Shown in pieces: positions 38,439-50,467 of a stretch of DNA of 64,000 nt. The notes below the pieces were generated by a model. It searched no databases and was not told the origin of the DNA. It saw only the letters and a list, made by a program, of their open reading frames with translations. Location: assembly GCA_002269645.1 (NCBI GenBank), contig NIVC01003274.1, positions 62,001 to 126,000 of the forward strand. Direction: 5' to 3'. The first letter of the stretch is position 1; every line of letters begins with the position of its first letter. The translations under genes were made by a program, and so were the position numbers. This DNA is from Macrostomum lignano. Lineage: Eukaryota.

Positions 38439-39039
38439 CATTACATGTGAATTGCTAAACTCTCTAATTCAAAACCGTACCAACAGCAACTGCAATCAAC
38501 TATAAGTTTATATTTAGCTTTCACTTGACTATTTTAATTTGAATTACTATTATTTGTGTTTCAAAGTTAATACCTTCATGTTGGATACCACAATGCACAA
38601 TATACCGCAACATGCCTTCACAGGACACTCTAAATTATATAATTTTTTTAATTTGTTAAAATCTGTCCTTTCTAACTGGAAGCAGCTTCTTATTGTAAAT
38701 AATATCTGGGCAAACGCAGGCTCTTCTGTGTTGTTTATCGGTCACATGACAGCCACCATCCAAGAGTAGAGTTCCTACAGTTTAGTGGTAAAAAACCATA
38801 AGCATGCCAAAACTTGCATGGAAACCACACAGACATAAGGAATAGATTGACTGCTACTGCAGTTCTGGATGCGATCTGATATGATGGGGCTGAAGTTCTG
38901 CAGCTGCCGAACTTCTACAAGCTATATTTAAGACAGTTAATATAAAATTAAATACCAAAGACATCCAGTTTTAAATTTTCAAATACAAGCTAACAAGCAA
39001 GAAGCAAAAAGGTAATCATACTAGCGTATTTAAAAAACT

Positions 39040-42000
39040 ATGAAAAGTACGCTTTGGCAGTTGCTGCCTATGCTGCTGAGCATGCGAGTTGCTGCATCAC
39101 TGGACTGCTCCGCTGTAAATCGCACGGGTGAGTCAGCTGCTGTTAGGGGCAGCTCAAAGACCAGCAATGCAAGGCTGCAAATACTTTGCGATAAATTTTT
39201 CAGTCACAGTGCAGCTGAGCAGGGCTGACGTTCTGCGCACCTGGCAACCCAGCGGTGCGCACTGCCGTTGGTGGGAGAGTCTGCAGTCAGAGACAAACCG
39301 TTTCCCTGCTGCTGTGCGGTCCGGGCCTCGGTGGCTTGTGATGCAGCTGAGGCAGCCGATGATGCTGGAGGTGGTGAGCGTTCGAGACTGGGGTGAGTGA
39401 CGCTGACCGACTCATTCTCATGATGCATGATGAGGCAGAGGTAGTCTGGGACTCAAAGTGTGAGACAGTGTGAGACCAGCCAATAACTAGCACTCTGAGA
39501 CAGTGTGAGGACCAGATACTGTAGCATTCAAGCACTCTGAGACAGTATGAGGACCAGCTACTGTAGCATTCAAGCACTCTGAGACAGTATGAGGACCAGA
39601 TACTGTAGCATTCAAGCACTCTGAGACAGTATGAGGACCAGATACTGTAGCATTCAAGCACTCTGAGACAGTATGAGGACCAGATACTGTAGCATTCAAG
39701 CACTCTGAGACAGTATGAGGACCAGATACTGTAGCATTCAAGCACTCTGAGACAGTATGAGGACCAGCTACTGTAGCATTCAAGCACTCTGAGACAGTAT
39801 GAGGACCAGCTACTGTAGCATTCAAGCACTCTGAGACAGTGTGAGAGCAGCTACTGTAGTCTTCAAGCACTCTGAGACAGTGTGAGACCAGCTACTGTAG
39901 CCTTAAAGCACTCTGAGACAGTGTGAGACCAGCTACTGTAGCCTTAAAGCACTCTGAGACAGTGTGAGACCAGCTACTGTAGCATTCAAGCACTCTGAGA
40001 CAGTGTGAGACCAGCTACTGTAGCATTCAAGCACTCTGAGACAGTGTGAGACCAGCTACTGTAGCATTCAAGCACTCTGAGACAGTGTGAGACCAGCTAC
40101 TGTAGCATTCAAGCACTCTGAGACAGTGTGAGACCAGCTACTGTAGCATTCAAGCACTCTGAGACAGTGTGAGACCAGCTACTGTAGCATTCAAGCACTC
40201 TGAGACAGTGTGAGACCAGCTACTGTAGCATTCAAGCACTCGTATTGCAGGTTTCTTGTGGCACCCAGCACCTCCAGGGGTCGGAGTCGGAGTCTCGAGC
40301 CTCCCGCTGGAGCTGCAGCTCGAGGATCCGTGCAGCGCCAGCGGGGATGCCTTCTGCATCGATCGCTTGCGGAGTCATGATGGCTCCAGTGGCACCGCCG
40401 TGGTGAGTGAAAGAGAAAATTTGCTGTTTGTACGAGCGCATGCTGCACACTGTCTTCCACATTGTGAAGAACTCTGACATTCTGAGCACCCCTCTCACTA
40501 GCAGCCAGCGGCCTTCTTTCTGTTTAGCGGCTACATGTGCCGGCAGCCTCTCCAATGGAACGGTCTCCTTCTGCATGGTGAGGTCTTTCAATTTAGTGCT
40601 TTGATTCGCGGGTTATTGAGTTCGTTTTGCAGCGCCGCGAAACCGCTGTTCGCTGCTCAGTGCAGTGAAACGGCTGATGGCGCTTCATTCGCAGTAAAAA
40701 ATATTCGTCCCACCGCACCCTCAGGCCGCACGGCCCCAATGCAGCTGAAGGAGACCAGAAACTCATTTTGCCTGAACTGCGAGCCCCTCACATGGAGACC
40801 CGGAGATCGCATTGGCTTCTCAGTGAGCAGCTGCGGCTCCCAGACTCCAGGCTGCTCAGTTCGACTCGCGGATGGCAGCAGGCGGGAGGCTCAGTTGGTG
40901 AGCGACTGGCCGGTCTTGCCTGACAGATTTTCCACTTTGAGTCTGAGATCTCAGGGCATTCTGTGAATTTTAGCTGATCTCAAGACCGGGCGCTGGTCGG
41001 ATTCGAGTCACCCATTTTGAGTACTTTGTGGAGGAGAGCGACATTCCGCGGACTCTGACCTGCTGGCAGGGGGACCCAGCGGCTCTGCAGATTGAGAGGA
41101 AAATCGCTGTAGCATGCAAGTCTTGGGCAGCCAATTCTGGTATCCAAGGCTTCGTATAGTTTTGCACCTGCTTAAACCTCTTGATTTTACTTTTATTTCA
41201 GCTTCCGATGGAAGCTGTACTCTATCGGTCTCTCCGGTGTGGGTCTCAGGCAGGAAGATTTTCTTAGAAGCCGAAGCGCAGCGATTCTTTCCGGAGCCCA
41301 GGATTCAGTGTTCGATCAGGGCGGTGACGGAGCAGCCTTTGAAAGTTGAGAGTCAGGTGAGGACAGGTGCACTGTCTTTGAGTGGGCAAATTTGGGTGAG
41401 CAGGACCGCTAACAGATCACAAATTGGGGTTGAAAATCTGACCTCCACGTGATCCACCCAATTTTCCAGTCACTTGCCAACCCAAACACTTTGCGCGCGA
41501 CCTACATGTATCCTCACACAGACACTTAAACTTTGGGTGCCACTTAGTTTACATGTATATCTTGTATATTCTTCAACTTTCAGAGCCGGTCTGTAGTGAA
41601 GGACAATGAAAACAGGGTTCTGCTGTCAGTTCGCTCAAGGTTCAGCTTTCACGCCTCGCTCTCGATGGTTGGAGGCCGAATTCTGTGCTGGGTGAATCTG
41701 ACTGGAGGCGAAAATCGTGTTAGAAGTACTGTGAAGATAAAATTAAATCACAATATAACGTTGATAAGCGGTGAGAAATTCTAAAAATAATTAGATTTAC
41801 ATATTTTATAGATATGAGCCACCCAGCCACCCCTCACCTAGCCACCCCTCACCCAGCCACCCCTCACCCAGCCGCCCCTCACCCAGCCACCCCTCACCCA
41901 GCCACCCCTCACCCAGCAACCCCTCACCCAGCCACCCCTCACCCAGCCACCCCTCACCCAGCCACCCTCACCCAGCCACCCCTCACCCAGCCACCCCTCA

Positions 42001-43551
42001 CCCAGCCACTCACTCGCACTGCAGAGCCGTGCCAGACGGCTGTTGATCTGGGCTCGAGTCCGCACTGGGAGGTGGGCCAGACCCGCCACATCGCAGTGAC
42101 CTCCAGCGCCTGCAGCATCTGGAATGTGAGCCACAGCTGCCGGCTGCTGCAGGCTGATGGCGCTTCACCCGTGCCGCTCCGCAGAGTTGAAGTACGCTTG
42201 CACTGAGACTGGCCAAAGTGCTCAGAGAAGTGCAGAGCCTCACCTGTCCCCATCTGCACCCTCATTCGCATTGCAGCAGAGCAGCTTCAGCAGCGCTCAC
42301 CAGCTGCAGGTGAGCAGGTCGATGGCTCACCAGAACTGGTCGGTTCGCTGCAGCGTCAACCAGTCAGGTGTGGTGTATGATAAGGCTGAGAGTCTGGAGC
42401 AGCTGCGACCGCCGATTTTCTGTGAGTGCCGAACAGTGAATGAAGCGAGTCAGCTGTGAACGCTTTGCTTGAATGCGATTTCCAATTTCACTGCAGACCC
42501 GGCAAGCATTCAGGTAAATGGCAGCATTGAGAGCTCGCGACTGCACCTGGCTGTGGCTGCCTCCGACGCTCGGCCTCCGGTGACATCCGTGAAATGCTTA
42601 ATTTCGAGTTCTATTGTGAGCAGTAGCTTTGATATTTGTTGTTGGTTTTTCTGCTTGAAATTATTCGCAAAAATTCGAACAATTTATTTTCTTCCTGTCT
42701 CCAGCAAGTGACTCTGCACAAGCAAAGCGATGCCAACACGTGGAGTTTTGATAGCGATGGAGGTCCAATGAATGTTTTTTACAGAAGGCAGCACCTCGCT
42801 GCATCGAACATCACTATCTACTGCACTGCCCATCAGGGGTCAACGAATGGCAACCTGATATTTCAGAGCCACAGCTCGAAACAAATTTACGTAGCTGAAT
42901 CGATTGGCACTACGGATCTGCCAAGCACTCAATCAGTGAAGGCTGTTGAGTCAAAGGGTATGGGGCTTGAGTCGCACTCACTGTTCTAACATGTTTATTG
43001 AGAACATCGGAGCTAATCAACCTTCAAGAAACACACTAGCTGGTAAAATTATTGCTGCAGGTCCATTCTCAACCGTGTACGCCTTTCCACTGTCGCACCT
43101 GCTCGTTGCGTCCGCTTCGGTGATAGCCGTAATTGTGATGGTTGGCATTGCCTCAGCTGGGATTGCCTGGGTAAATAATACCTTTTCTGGATAGGTACAG
43201 TGGTAGCTATCACTGTCAGTCAGTCAGTCAGTCAGTCAGTCAGTCAGTCAGTCAGTCAGTCAGTCAGTCAGTCAGTCAGTCAGTCAGTCAGTCAGTCAGC
43301 TGTTACCCTTGCAGAGAGTGTCCCGGTCCAGATTAGTCGCACTGGCTGCTCAGCGCAGAGGCGGCGGTGCTCTTCAGATGCAGCCGCTGGCAGCCGCGAC
43401 CTCCGCGGGCGCCGGCAGCAGCGCGTACGACTACCCGTCCACGAATGCGACAGTTCAGGGCAGCAGGAGCCACAGCGAGGCCGGAGAGTCCAACAACATA
43501 CCCAGTGTCTACCTGGTGCTCACTCCGTCGAGGAGGTCTCAGCAGCAGTAG
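39040..43551 (+). CDS. Family-1 receptor E: signal peptide, discoidin-like domain, 4 Ig-like domains, TM, tail with YDYP and ITIM-consensus SVYLVL; apparently intact, ~730 aa
   Basis: 14 exons: 39040-39127, 39204-39392, 40251-40402, 40502-40577, 40725-40897, 40974-41115 (GC donor), 41202-41356, 41584-41770, 42025-42191, 42277-42421, 42497-42615, 42705-42957, 43061-43170 (TM LLVASASVIAVIVMVGIASAGIAW), 43315-43551. Phases join without stops. Confidence 0.82.
39460..40240. repeat. 41-bp variant of the intron-2 minisatellite (AGCACTCTGAGACAGTRTGAGACCAGCTACTGTAGCATTCA), ~19 units
   Basis: Period 41; the first ~29 nt are shared with the 39-bp unit. Confidence 0.95.
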
Positions 43552-44339
43552 CAGCTGGTCAGCAGCTTTGAGCCGAGGCAGCAGAGCTGAGAGATGCTGA
43601 AAGCAGGGAATAAACTGATTTTTTCTACGACCTACTTTGAAGTTATTTTCCACTCAAAAACTACAATATAAAGCTTTTAGTTCGTCAATTTTATAGTTCG
43701 ACTGGTTATCAGAGTTTGTAGCGGCGAAAAAAGGATTCTTGTGAGTCTTTAAGTGAAACTTTTTTGCTTCTTGAAAGGATTATTTTAACAATAGCATTAA
43801 TTTATGATAAAAATTAAATACAATAAAATAAATTATTGCAGAAAATTGTCCTTCCAGACAAAAAGAGAAGAAAATAAAATTTGATCAAGAAAGGAGACAG
43901 ATTCTATCGCAAAATCAAAGGTGCACAAACTCAAAATTCGAGACTGAAAGCTTATTTAATAATTTCAGCTGAAGGTGCGTGTTGAACATTTTGTCTGTTA
44001 CCCTCTGTCAGTAGCAGGTAGCCTGATTATGCCAGTGTAGTTTTCGTCTATGATGACAGCAGAAACTTCAATAGTTTCGATCGGTAGCGGCAGTTGTGTG
44101 TCCTTTTTTGTTTTTTTGTTTGTCTGGTTCAGTAACGCAGTGCAGAATTATACATGCGAATGTTTTATATGAGCAGTGCAACAACAAGCCTGAACGTGTC
44201 TCAATATTTTGAGTTCTCGGAGAACACGGTGCTTACTTAGACTTAGCTGCAGGGTGGTCCGTAGACACAGCGGGGAGGCGAGGGTCGCCCATTCCGCTAG
44301 CCCCTGAAGGCCCGCAGATAGGCAGAGGCGTGGGGCCGG

Positions 44340-47300
44340 TCAGGGTGGTCCGCCGGTCCGTCCTGCAGCGTGATCTTCCGTAGGGAAGAAAGTGGCTCGT
44401 CTAGTCGCCCGAAGGAACTGGATGAGCCGTGGGATGCTGTCGGGCTGGCAGACCTCGTCAATGGACGGGTTCGGCCCGAGGTAGCGTAGCCGGTCTCTGT
44501 TAAAGAAGGGGCAGTGACAGACAAAGTGCTGAGCATCTTCATTGTCGCACTCGCAAAAGGGGCAAATTTCGCTCTCGAGGTCGCCTCGGAGGAAGCAGTG
44601 CCTGGCGAGGTAGCCATGGCCGGTAAGGGTCATGACAAGGGCTCGAATATCCTTCCGATTCTGGTTCAGAAGGATGTTTCTGAGCCTGTGAGACGGGCAA
44701 GGAACCGCGGCACGAGATTGCCGGCAGTTTTGGGTGCCCGCCCATCTGTCCCTGTGGAGGGAGTCAGCCCAGTCGTCGATCTGACGATTGATGACTGTCA
44801 AGGGCATAGGGACCAGGGGGGCAGGGCCGAAGAAAGAGCCAGAGCCGCCCCTCTTGGCGAGGGTGTCTGCCAGCTCGTTCCCCGGAAACCCTGCGTGCCC
44901 TGGGATCCACTTCAGCCTGACAGTATTGCTTCTGGCCAGGAGGTTGAGCTGCCGGGCGCAGTCGGCGACTGTCCGGGAGTTCGTTGTGGTGTGGCAAAGG
45001 GCCTGTAAGGCCGCTTGGCTGTCGGAGTGGATGACAATAGTCTTTCCTCTCGTAACCTTGGCGTTCAGCTCTGCAGCGCAAGAGCTGATGGCAAGGACTT
45101 CGTTCTGGAAGACTGTGGAGAGTCTACCAGTGTGCTGGGCATGCGTGGCAATTACGCGGCCGTTGATGATGGTGCAGACCCCAAAACCGGCGCGACCGTC
45201 TTTGATGGATCCGTCCGTGTAGCAATGGACCTCCTGGAAATTCCAGTGGTCATTGGCAGCATCCCTAGAGGGGATGGTGACCTTGTAGCGCTGAAAGAGG
45301 TTGAGAGTGCGGGGTTCGCCGTCAGATAGGACGTGGAGCCCGCCGCTGTCTCTCAAGTCCTTGAGGCAGAGGTCAGCGTGGGGCAGAAGCTTGCGCTTAG
45401 CCATGGCCCTATGGGGCTGGATTCGAATACCAGCGTCAGCTAGACGGCGGGCAGTCTTAGCCGCTTCCCTGCGGACAAAGATGTCCAGCGGAGGAATGTT
45501 GAGGAAGGCGTTGAGGCCATCGTAAGGAGCAGACGGAGGGGCGCTCATGATCGTGCGACATGCGCGCCCTTGTGCTCTCCTGAGAGCCTCTAGACAGGTC
45601 TTTATCTGCAGGGCGCTAGCCCAGATCAGGCCGCCATACGAGATAGCGGGCCTAACCATTGCAGTGTAGATCCACCAGAGGCGCTTGGGGGTGAGCCCCC
45701 AGGTGGTGCCGACAGCCCTGCGCAGTTGCGCGAGGACTGTGAAGGCCTTTTTGGCTTTTGTTTGAACGTGGGGTGACCAGTTCAGCCTGTGGTCCAGGGT
45801 AATACCCAGACATTTAGTCTGCTTGCAGAAGGGGATTTCCCTTCCGTAAAGCGTGAGCGGCCGAATCTGCCACTTGGTCCTGCTGGTGAACATGATCGCT
45901 GCGGTCTTAGTCTCAGAGAGCCTTAAACCACAGCGGTCCGCCCATTGCTCAGCGGCGTAGATAAAGTTCTGAAGAAGGTCCCTGAGGGTATCAGGGGACG
46001 GACCAGATGCCACCGCGGTGACATCGTCCGCATATCCAACTTTCAGAATGGGGTCAGGCCGAACATCCCGGAGGAGCTCATCGATGACCATATTCCAGAG
46101 AACTGGAGACAGCACCCCACCTTGCGGGCTACCTTTGCAGACGGGGACCGTCCTCTGGTAGCCCAGCAGACTGGCGGTGGCCGTGCGATGGCTGATCATG
46201 TACATGATCCACTGGTGAGATGTGAGTGCGTTTGCCTCTCACAAAGAGCTCTTCGGAACGCCTCAAAGAGGACGTTATCGAAGGCGCCAATGATGTCCAG
46301 GAAGATCCCCAGAGCAATGCCATTACCAAGCACGACCTTCTCGAGTTTATCGACCAGGACGTGCAGCGCGCTTTCAGTGGAGCGACCCGCCCGAAAAGCG
46401 TGCTGGTTCTCGCTGAGAGGTGCGCCAAAGCACCAGTCTCTCCATCAGCTTGACCAGGGAGGAGGTCAAGCTGATCGGTCTGAAGGATTTGTTAGAATGG
46501 TAGTCCGGGCGGCCTGGCTTAGGGATAAAGATCACCTTTGCCTCGGTCCATGCCTGTGGGACATAACCAAGCGAGCGTGATGCATGCCCGAAGAAGGCTG
46601 CAAAGTTTGCGCAGGAAGCCTGGGCATTTAACCGCCTCTCTTAGGAGGGTCGGTACAATGCCGTCGGGTCCTGGGGCTTTGAAAGGCTTGAAGGAATTTG
46701 CCGCTCTCACGATGCAGTCCTCCGTGATGATAGAGGCAGCCAGCGCGTGACCTCCCTCCGAGTGATCCGGAGTGGTCTGGTTAGCTGGCTCGTTGGGGAA
46801 AAACGCAGTGAGCATTACATCAAGCGTTTCCCCTGGGTTGTCCGTGGACGTACCGTCGGTGCGTTTGACCGAGGAGAGCTTAGACATTTTGTCCAGCGTG
46901 AGCGCTTTCACAACTCTGGAGGTGGGGCGTGAGCCCTCTAGCTCCTCACAGTATTGTCGCCATTTTTGAGCCTTTGCATTCCTAACCTGCCTTTTAAACT
47001 CATGGATTGCTTCATGATAGGCGTTGGTCTGCAGGGCTCTTAGTTTTAGTTGCTCTGCGGTGGAGTCTCTTAGCCCTGCGACGGAGGTTGCCGAGCTCGG
47101 GATTCCACCACGGCGCCGATTTTTTCCCTTTATAGGCTTTTTAAAGGGCAGGACGCCTCAAAGGCGGCGGTTAGCGTCTCTGTCAAAACAGTCGCGCACT
47201 CATCCGCCTCTCGGCACGACGTGATCGTGAATGGTTGGCCAGGAGACCGATGGAATTCCTTCAGGGTGAGCCCGAAGGTTTCCCAATCAGTATTTCTGGC

Positions 47301-48034
47301 GTTCCGTCTCCACGTAACACGAGTTGCGCTACGCGCGGCCATTAGGTTGAAGGAGATGAACTTGTGATCCGAGAGTGAGGACACTGGAAGCACCCGCCAC
47401 GCCCCAATACTCTGGTAGAGTCTGGGCGTTGCGAGCGTAGCGTCGATCACCTCCGACCACCGTCCGTTGTCAAAGGTAGGGGTGGACCCAGAGTTGCAGA
47501 ACTCGAGGGTCGTAGAGGCAACGTAGGCTAGGAGGTCTTCGCCTCTCTGATTAATGCCAGTGCTGCCCCAGTGAGTGTGGTGGGCGTTGATGTCGCCGGC
47601 AACCATGAGCTCGTAGTTTTACCAGAGCTACCAGAGCAGAGCTCTACCAGCGTAGCGAGGGCTCTGGGGACGACCGCAGCATCGCCTGGTAGGTAAACCG
47701 AGGCAATGAGGGTGGTCTTCCCAGGAAGAAGGTCATCGGATTGGATGACGCAGATGTCCCTGTTGGACAGGTCCGATCTGAGCCACGCACTGAGCGTTTT
47801 GCTCGCAAAGATGCAAGCTCTGGGAGGCTGGTTGGCCTCGCGAGGGTAAGTATAAAAACAATTGTAGCCAGCAGGGGCGTTTTGAGGCTTACCTCTGAGA
47901 GTCCAGGGTTCCTGGACGAGGATGAGCCCCGGCTTGTCGAGCTCGGCGTAACGCATAAGGTTGACCGAGGCTGCGACGCAGTGCTGCAGATTAATCTGCA
48001 GGCAATGGATTCCCTGGTTGCTGATCATTATCAC
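44340..48034 (-). CDS. LINE ORF2 (endonuclease-reverse transcriptase-RNase H-zinc knuckle), frameshifted in several places
   Basis: APE motifs LQINLQH, ILVQEPW, GDINAHH, SDH; RT motifs KAPGPDGI, PQGGVLSP, YADD; RNase H motifs YTDGS, SDSQAAL, WIPGHAGFPGNELAD; C-terminal CPFC..EDAQHFVCHC. Split over ORFs 47528-48034, 47130-47606, 46519-46911, 46226-46453 and 44340-46205. Confidence 0.9.
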
Positions 48035-49496
48035 GCAGTTGGGGAATCGTTGAGCAGGTCATCCTCCTCCTTTTCAGTGGTGGGTGACCCGCAGACCTCC
48101 ATGGGAGTTTCAGCGTCCTCAGCAGTTAGGGTGGCTGTGGAGTCCTCCGCGGACGTGAGCCCAGCGTGGACGTTACCGTCGCCTCCCCTGCGTGCTTCGG
48201 TGCTGTCACTGCCCGTCCCCTCTGCCTCGTCGGTCAGGTCGATGCGGGTGGCGCCAGCCTCCTGGTGAGTCACAGACTCGAACCAGTCGGTCGGAGCCTC
48301 CCCGCTTAGAGTCTGGCCTTCTGGCTGTTGAGGTGGAGCGCGAGAAGCGCGGGCCCGCTCACGATGCGCACGAAGGTTCTTGGCCTGGTCCAGCGCGCGC
48401 TGGATCAGGCCGGACCTCCGGGTGCTCCTGGCGGGTCTGCGATTGTGATTTCCGGTTTCAGCAGCGCGAACTGCCTTACCGGGCATAGGATCGGCCGTTT
48501 GCCTCGGCTTCTTTGCCGGAGGAGCCTGGGCCCCAGTTCCGGTTTCGGAAGCTTTGGCATTCTTGGCTTCATCAGCTTTCCGCTCCTCGCAACGGAGGAT
48601 GGTCAGCTGAGTCAGACCAATATGAATTGTGGAGTTAGGCGGCAAGCGCTTAGCCCAGTCATCAGAGAGCCCTAGGATCACCGTAGCCCCCTTCTCCTTG
48701 CGGGAAGTGGCGTGGTGTAGGAGCCCGTTGACCTCAAGGTCGGGGTGCAGCTTTAGCAATATTTGCCTAAGCTGATCTCCGGACTTAATGGCACTGCCGG
48801 CCGGGATCCAGACGCGAAAGCGCTGGGTCTTCTGTCGTTCGCCCTCGCTGGCGAAGACGAGCTTGCCGAGCTTCTTGGGCCAGTTCAGCTTTGGCAGAAG
48901 CTCGCGTAGATTGCGGCTGCTCTCCTCCGAGCTGCACCAGATGAAGATGCAGCCGTCGGTCTTGGCAGACTTGACCACGCTCACAGGGCGGCCCGCCAGG
49001 AGCTGGTCGATGAGCGCAGCATCGATGGTGCGCCAGGCACTGTCGAGCCCGTCGGCCGTGAGGTCCTGCTCTTCCCCGAAGACGATGACCGCCGGTTGGA
49101 GCTTGACCTTTGAGGCGTAGTTGGTGGCGGCGGTTCCCGAAGGCCCGGCCGCGCTTGTAGCATGTATACTGGGTGGCTCACCAGCGGGGGTTGTATCCTG
49201 GGGGGCAGGGGTTGCTGTGGTTCCTTTCGGCCCAACAGCAGCCCGCCCTCCCTAGGTTTCCCCTCCGCCGGTGGCCGGCCCGCAGTACCCCGTAGTCGCC
49301 GTCGCCGCTCGTTGCGGCGTTGGTTGCGGGTGCGTCGGGCTTCAGCGGAGGGCCCGGTTGCGCGTGCGGGCATGTCACCGGCCGAGCCGGCGGCAAGCCC
49401 ATCTGCCCCCGGTGGGGCGGCGCTGGTGCCAGAGTCACCGGCCGGAGTTGCCGGGGCCCCGGCTTCAGCGGGGTTGAAAGAGGCGGATGACGCCAT
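48031..49496 (-). CDS. LINE ORF1 (gag-like), one apparent frameshift near 49150
   Basis: ATG at 49496 (MASSASFNP..), Arg/Ala/Pro-rich N-terminus, continuing into ORF 48031-48984 directly upstream of ORF2. Confidence 0.7.
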
Positions 49497-50099
49497 AGCT
49501 GAAAGCGGGAAGGAGTGAGCTGAGTCACAAAAGAAAGAGGAAAGAAGAAAAAGAAAAGGACCGCTAGCGACCGGACAACCCCCGGCCTTCCAGCCCATCG
49601 GCACGGTCAAACACCTTAGGCATTAGGGGGTACGTTAAGCAGTACCACGGCCTGCAGGCTGGCAAGCCAGACCCGCATACCCAAGTTCGGCCGAAGCCAC
49701 TGGATGGGTCGCCAGCGTCGGAGCCCAGTCTGTCCAGCAGCCCTAGGGTCTGCCTTGAACACACGCGGGGACGAGTACCCTGGGTCGACTTGTGAAACAG
49801 CGTGAGGGGGGGTCTGCGGCTGCCAGCGGCAAATAGCGGGTGCAGACCTCCCTCTCCAGCCTTGACCTGCTGAAGATAGGGGCAGGCGCGAAGCATCGCA
49901 GACCGTAGCCCATAGGCCTGGTCTGTCTCATACTTCACTGGCGTGCTGAATACACCTTCGCGTGCGAACACGAACACGGTACGACATTATGAATTATGAA
50001 TATTTTAATGAAACATAGGATTAATGTTTGAGATGATTAGAGTTAGTTTTGCGTCTGGTTTCATTTTTTTACGTTAGAATTGTACCATTTTCTATTATA

Positions 50100-50467
50100 G
50101 GCAAAAGGCTGTGTGCACCCTGGCGCACTTGAAGCGACATTGTCACACAACCGGCGAGAGAGAGGCATTGCTGCCCATTGCGCCAACTCCCCTGAGCTGC
50201 AGGCACACAAGCGCGCGGATACGTACGCAGTCATACGCACAAGCACACACTCACACGGGAGTGTACAGCGGCCCCTGACTTTATTTATCGTTAGGCATGT
50301 ACACTTCACTGCGCCTTGGGGGTTGGCCCTCAAGGGCGTTAATTGCACGAGCAGAGCCAAGCCGAGATTCCAATTTAGCGACAAATATTAATGTGACTGG
50401 AATTGGAATCGAGCCTGGGCCGCTGGCACATCAGAGCGCCCACGCTAAACCAGTGGGCTACGGCCCC
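50100..50467 (-). mobile_element. tRNA-derived SINE family 1 (most complete copy)
   Basis: Minus strand GGGGCCGTAGCCCACTGGTTTAGCG..GGCTCGATTCC; syntenic with the 7420-7706 copy. Confidence 0.8.

Larger units (their letters stand above)
44231..49971 (-). mobile_element. Near full-length non-LTR retrotransposon with APE, RT and RNase H (I/R1 group, LOA/Lian-like)
   Basis: Two-ORF layout; 3' tail ...CTAAGTCTAAGTAAGC; candidate TSD GAACACGGT at 44222-44230 and 49972-49980; absent at the paralogous site (~7180). Confidence 0.92.

Noticed and set aside
39287-39870. Minus-strand ORFs with CYSIWSSYCLRVLE / GPHTVSECLNATV repeats
   Set aside because: Translations of the 41-bp minisatellite.
44514-49518. 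Plus-strand ORFs overlapping the LINE
   Set aside because: Antisense shadows of GC-rich coding sequence with no recognisable motifs.
50400-50467. Possible tRNA genes at SINE heads (also 7640-7706, 28671-28740, 12620-12686)
   Set aside because: A/B boxes are present but there is no proper acceptor or anticodon stem, and each continues into a shared SINE body.
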